64,000 bases of DNA from Camelus ferus (taxonomy: Eukaryota). This document shows positions 62,951 to 64,000 of this stretch, piece after piece; within the stretch, counting starts at the first letter, position 1, and each line of letters opens with the position of its first letter. The DNA is taken from contig NC_045697.1 in NCBI RefSeq assembly GCF_009834535.1, positions 22,074,001-22,138,000 of the forward strand, read 5' to 3'. Below the pieces are notes generated by a model that made no database searches, was not told the origin of the DNA, and saw nothing but the letters and a program-made list of their open reading frames with translations. The translations under genes and the position numbers were made by a program.

Positions 62951-64000
62951 CATCAGAGTATCAGTCATTAACAAAGTGACAGTTACATATATAGTACAGA
63001 CTCATTCAGTCTGTCACAGAGCTTTTAACACATTGCTCACATTTCCAGTGTAGTCAATATTATCCAGACTATATAAATAATATGAATCCTATATCATAAC
63101 TTCTGCCATATAACATATCTTCTCAACAGACCCAACCTGCTGATGCTGAGGAAAAGTGTATAAATGTTTATATATCTGCTTATCTGTCTGTCTATTATAT
63201 CAACCTATCTAAATCTACGTGTCTGATTTACTATTAGAATTAAAGCTTAATTCTTGCATTAATGGGTTCTCTTTCATAATTCAGAATTTTGTACTACTTT
63301 GTTTCACATTACCAACTTAAATAGTTTGCCACAAGAATTTTATGTATTCAAAATTATCAAAATAGAGTTTAAGAGATAGTAACGTAATGTTGAAATTTTA
63401 TGTAGAAGTCTAATGGAATATTTTCAAATGCAGATAAAAATGTTGGATGGGGTATTTTATGATCCATTGTGTGATATTCTTTATTTTAGATTTTTATTGT
63501 GAATCATTTTCCATTCATTTAGATATTGTTTTAAATGAAAAACCATTTTTTTGCTAAAAGGAAGTATTAATGACCTTAAGCATTTGCTAGTGTATATATA
63601 TATAGTTCTTAGTGTTTTAAAATTACATTTTCCTTCCAACATTAAATGTAACATGTAACCTACAATAATTTATGGAGATTTAAATAGTCACTGTCAAAAT
63701 AAAGCAGGGAATCAAGCAAATAAAATGCACTGATTTATAGTAGCTATTGTATAATACATTCTAGAAAAATAATTATTTTATTTTTGACATTCTTCATTGC
63801 AAACATAGCTGATTACCCGTCCCTGCTATTCTGTCATTACTTTTGGCAGAACCAGTATTTGAGCACAGATTCTGAGATTACCACCTTCATTCAAACATCA
63901 CCCTCTTTTCTATTTTTATGTCACACTGGAACATTATCTCTTAAAATTTCTTATTTCCACTTTATTAGTGTAATTTCTGTATTCATTTTGTACTTTCTTC

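Noticed and set aside
1..64000. CRISPR arrays, operons, tRNA/rRNA/snRNA genes, NUMT, processed pseudogenes, CpG-island promoter
   Set aside because: None recognised on reading; the content is mammalian non-coding DNA. A diverged pseudogene or a small true exon could still have been missed without a search

Overview
AT-rich, CpG-poor, non-coding mammalian genomic DNA, consistent with a very large intron or an intergenic region. I recognise no protein-coding gene, RNA gene, CpG island or prokaryotic-type system, and the supplied ORFs look like chance or repeat-derived frames. Most recognisable content is old eutherian repeats: MIR, L2, L3/CR1, L1MC/L1ME, MLT1 LTRs and hAT MITEs (MER20, MER58, MER5, MER112/117-like). 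There are also a few younger L1 3' ends. These tails, plus the absence of Alu, Bov-tA/BovB, PRE-1 and Can-SINE, suggest a cetartiodactyl, most likely a camelid (inference). Repeat family names come from my recollection of consensus sequences, not a search, and most boundaries are approximate. The best leads are repeat-free, homeodomain-motif-rich blocks that look like conserved enhancers (~9.8 kb, ~21.4 kb), several unverified exon-like segments (notably 26986-27117 and 58402-58485/58638), and a perfect 14-bp hairpin at 48913-48944. I found no convincing evidence for a novel biological system.
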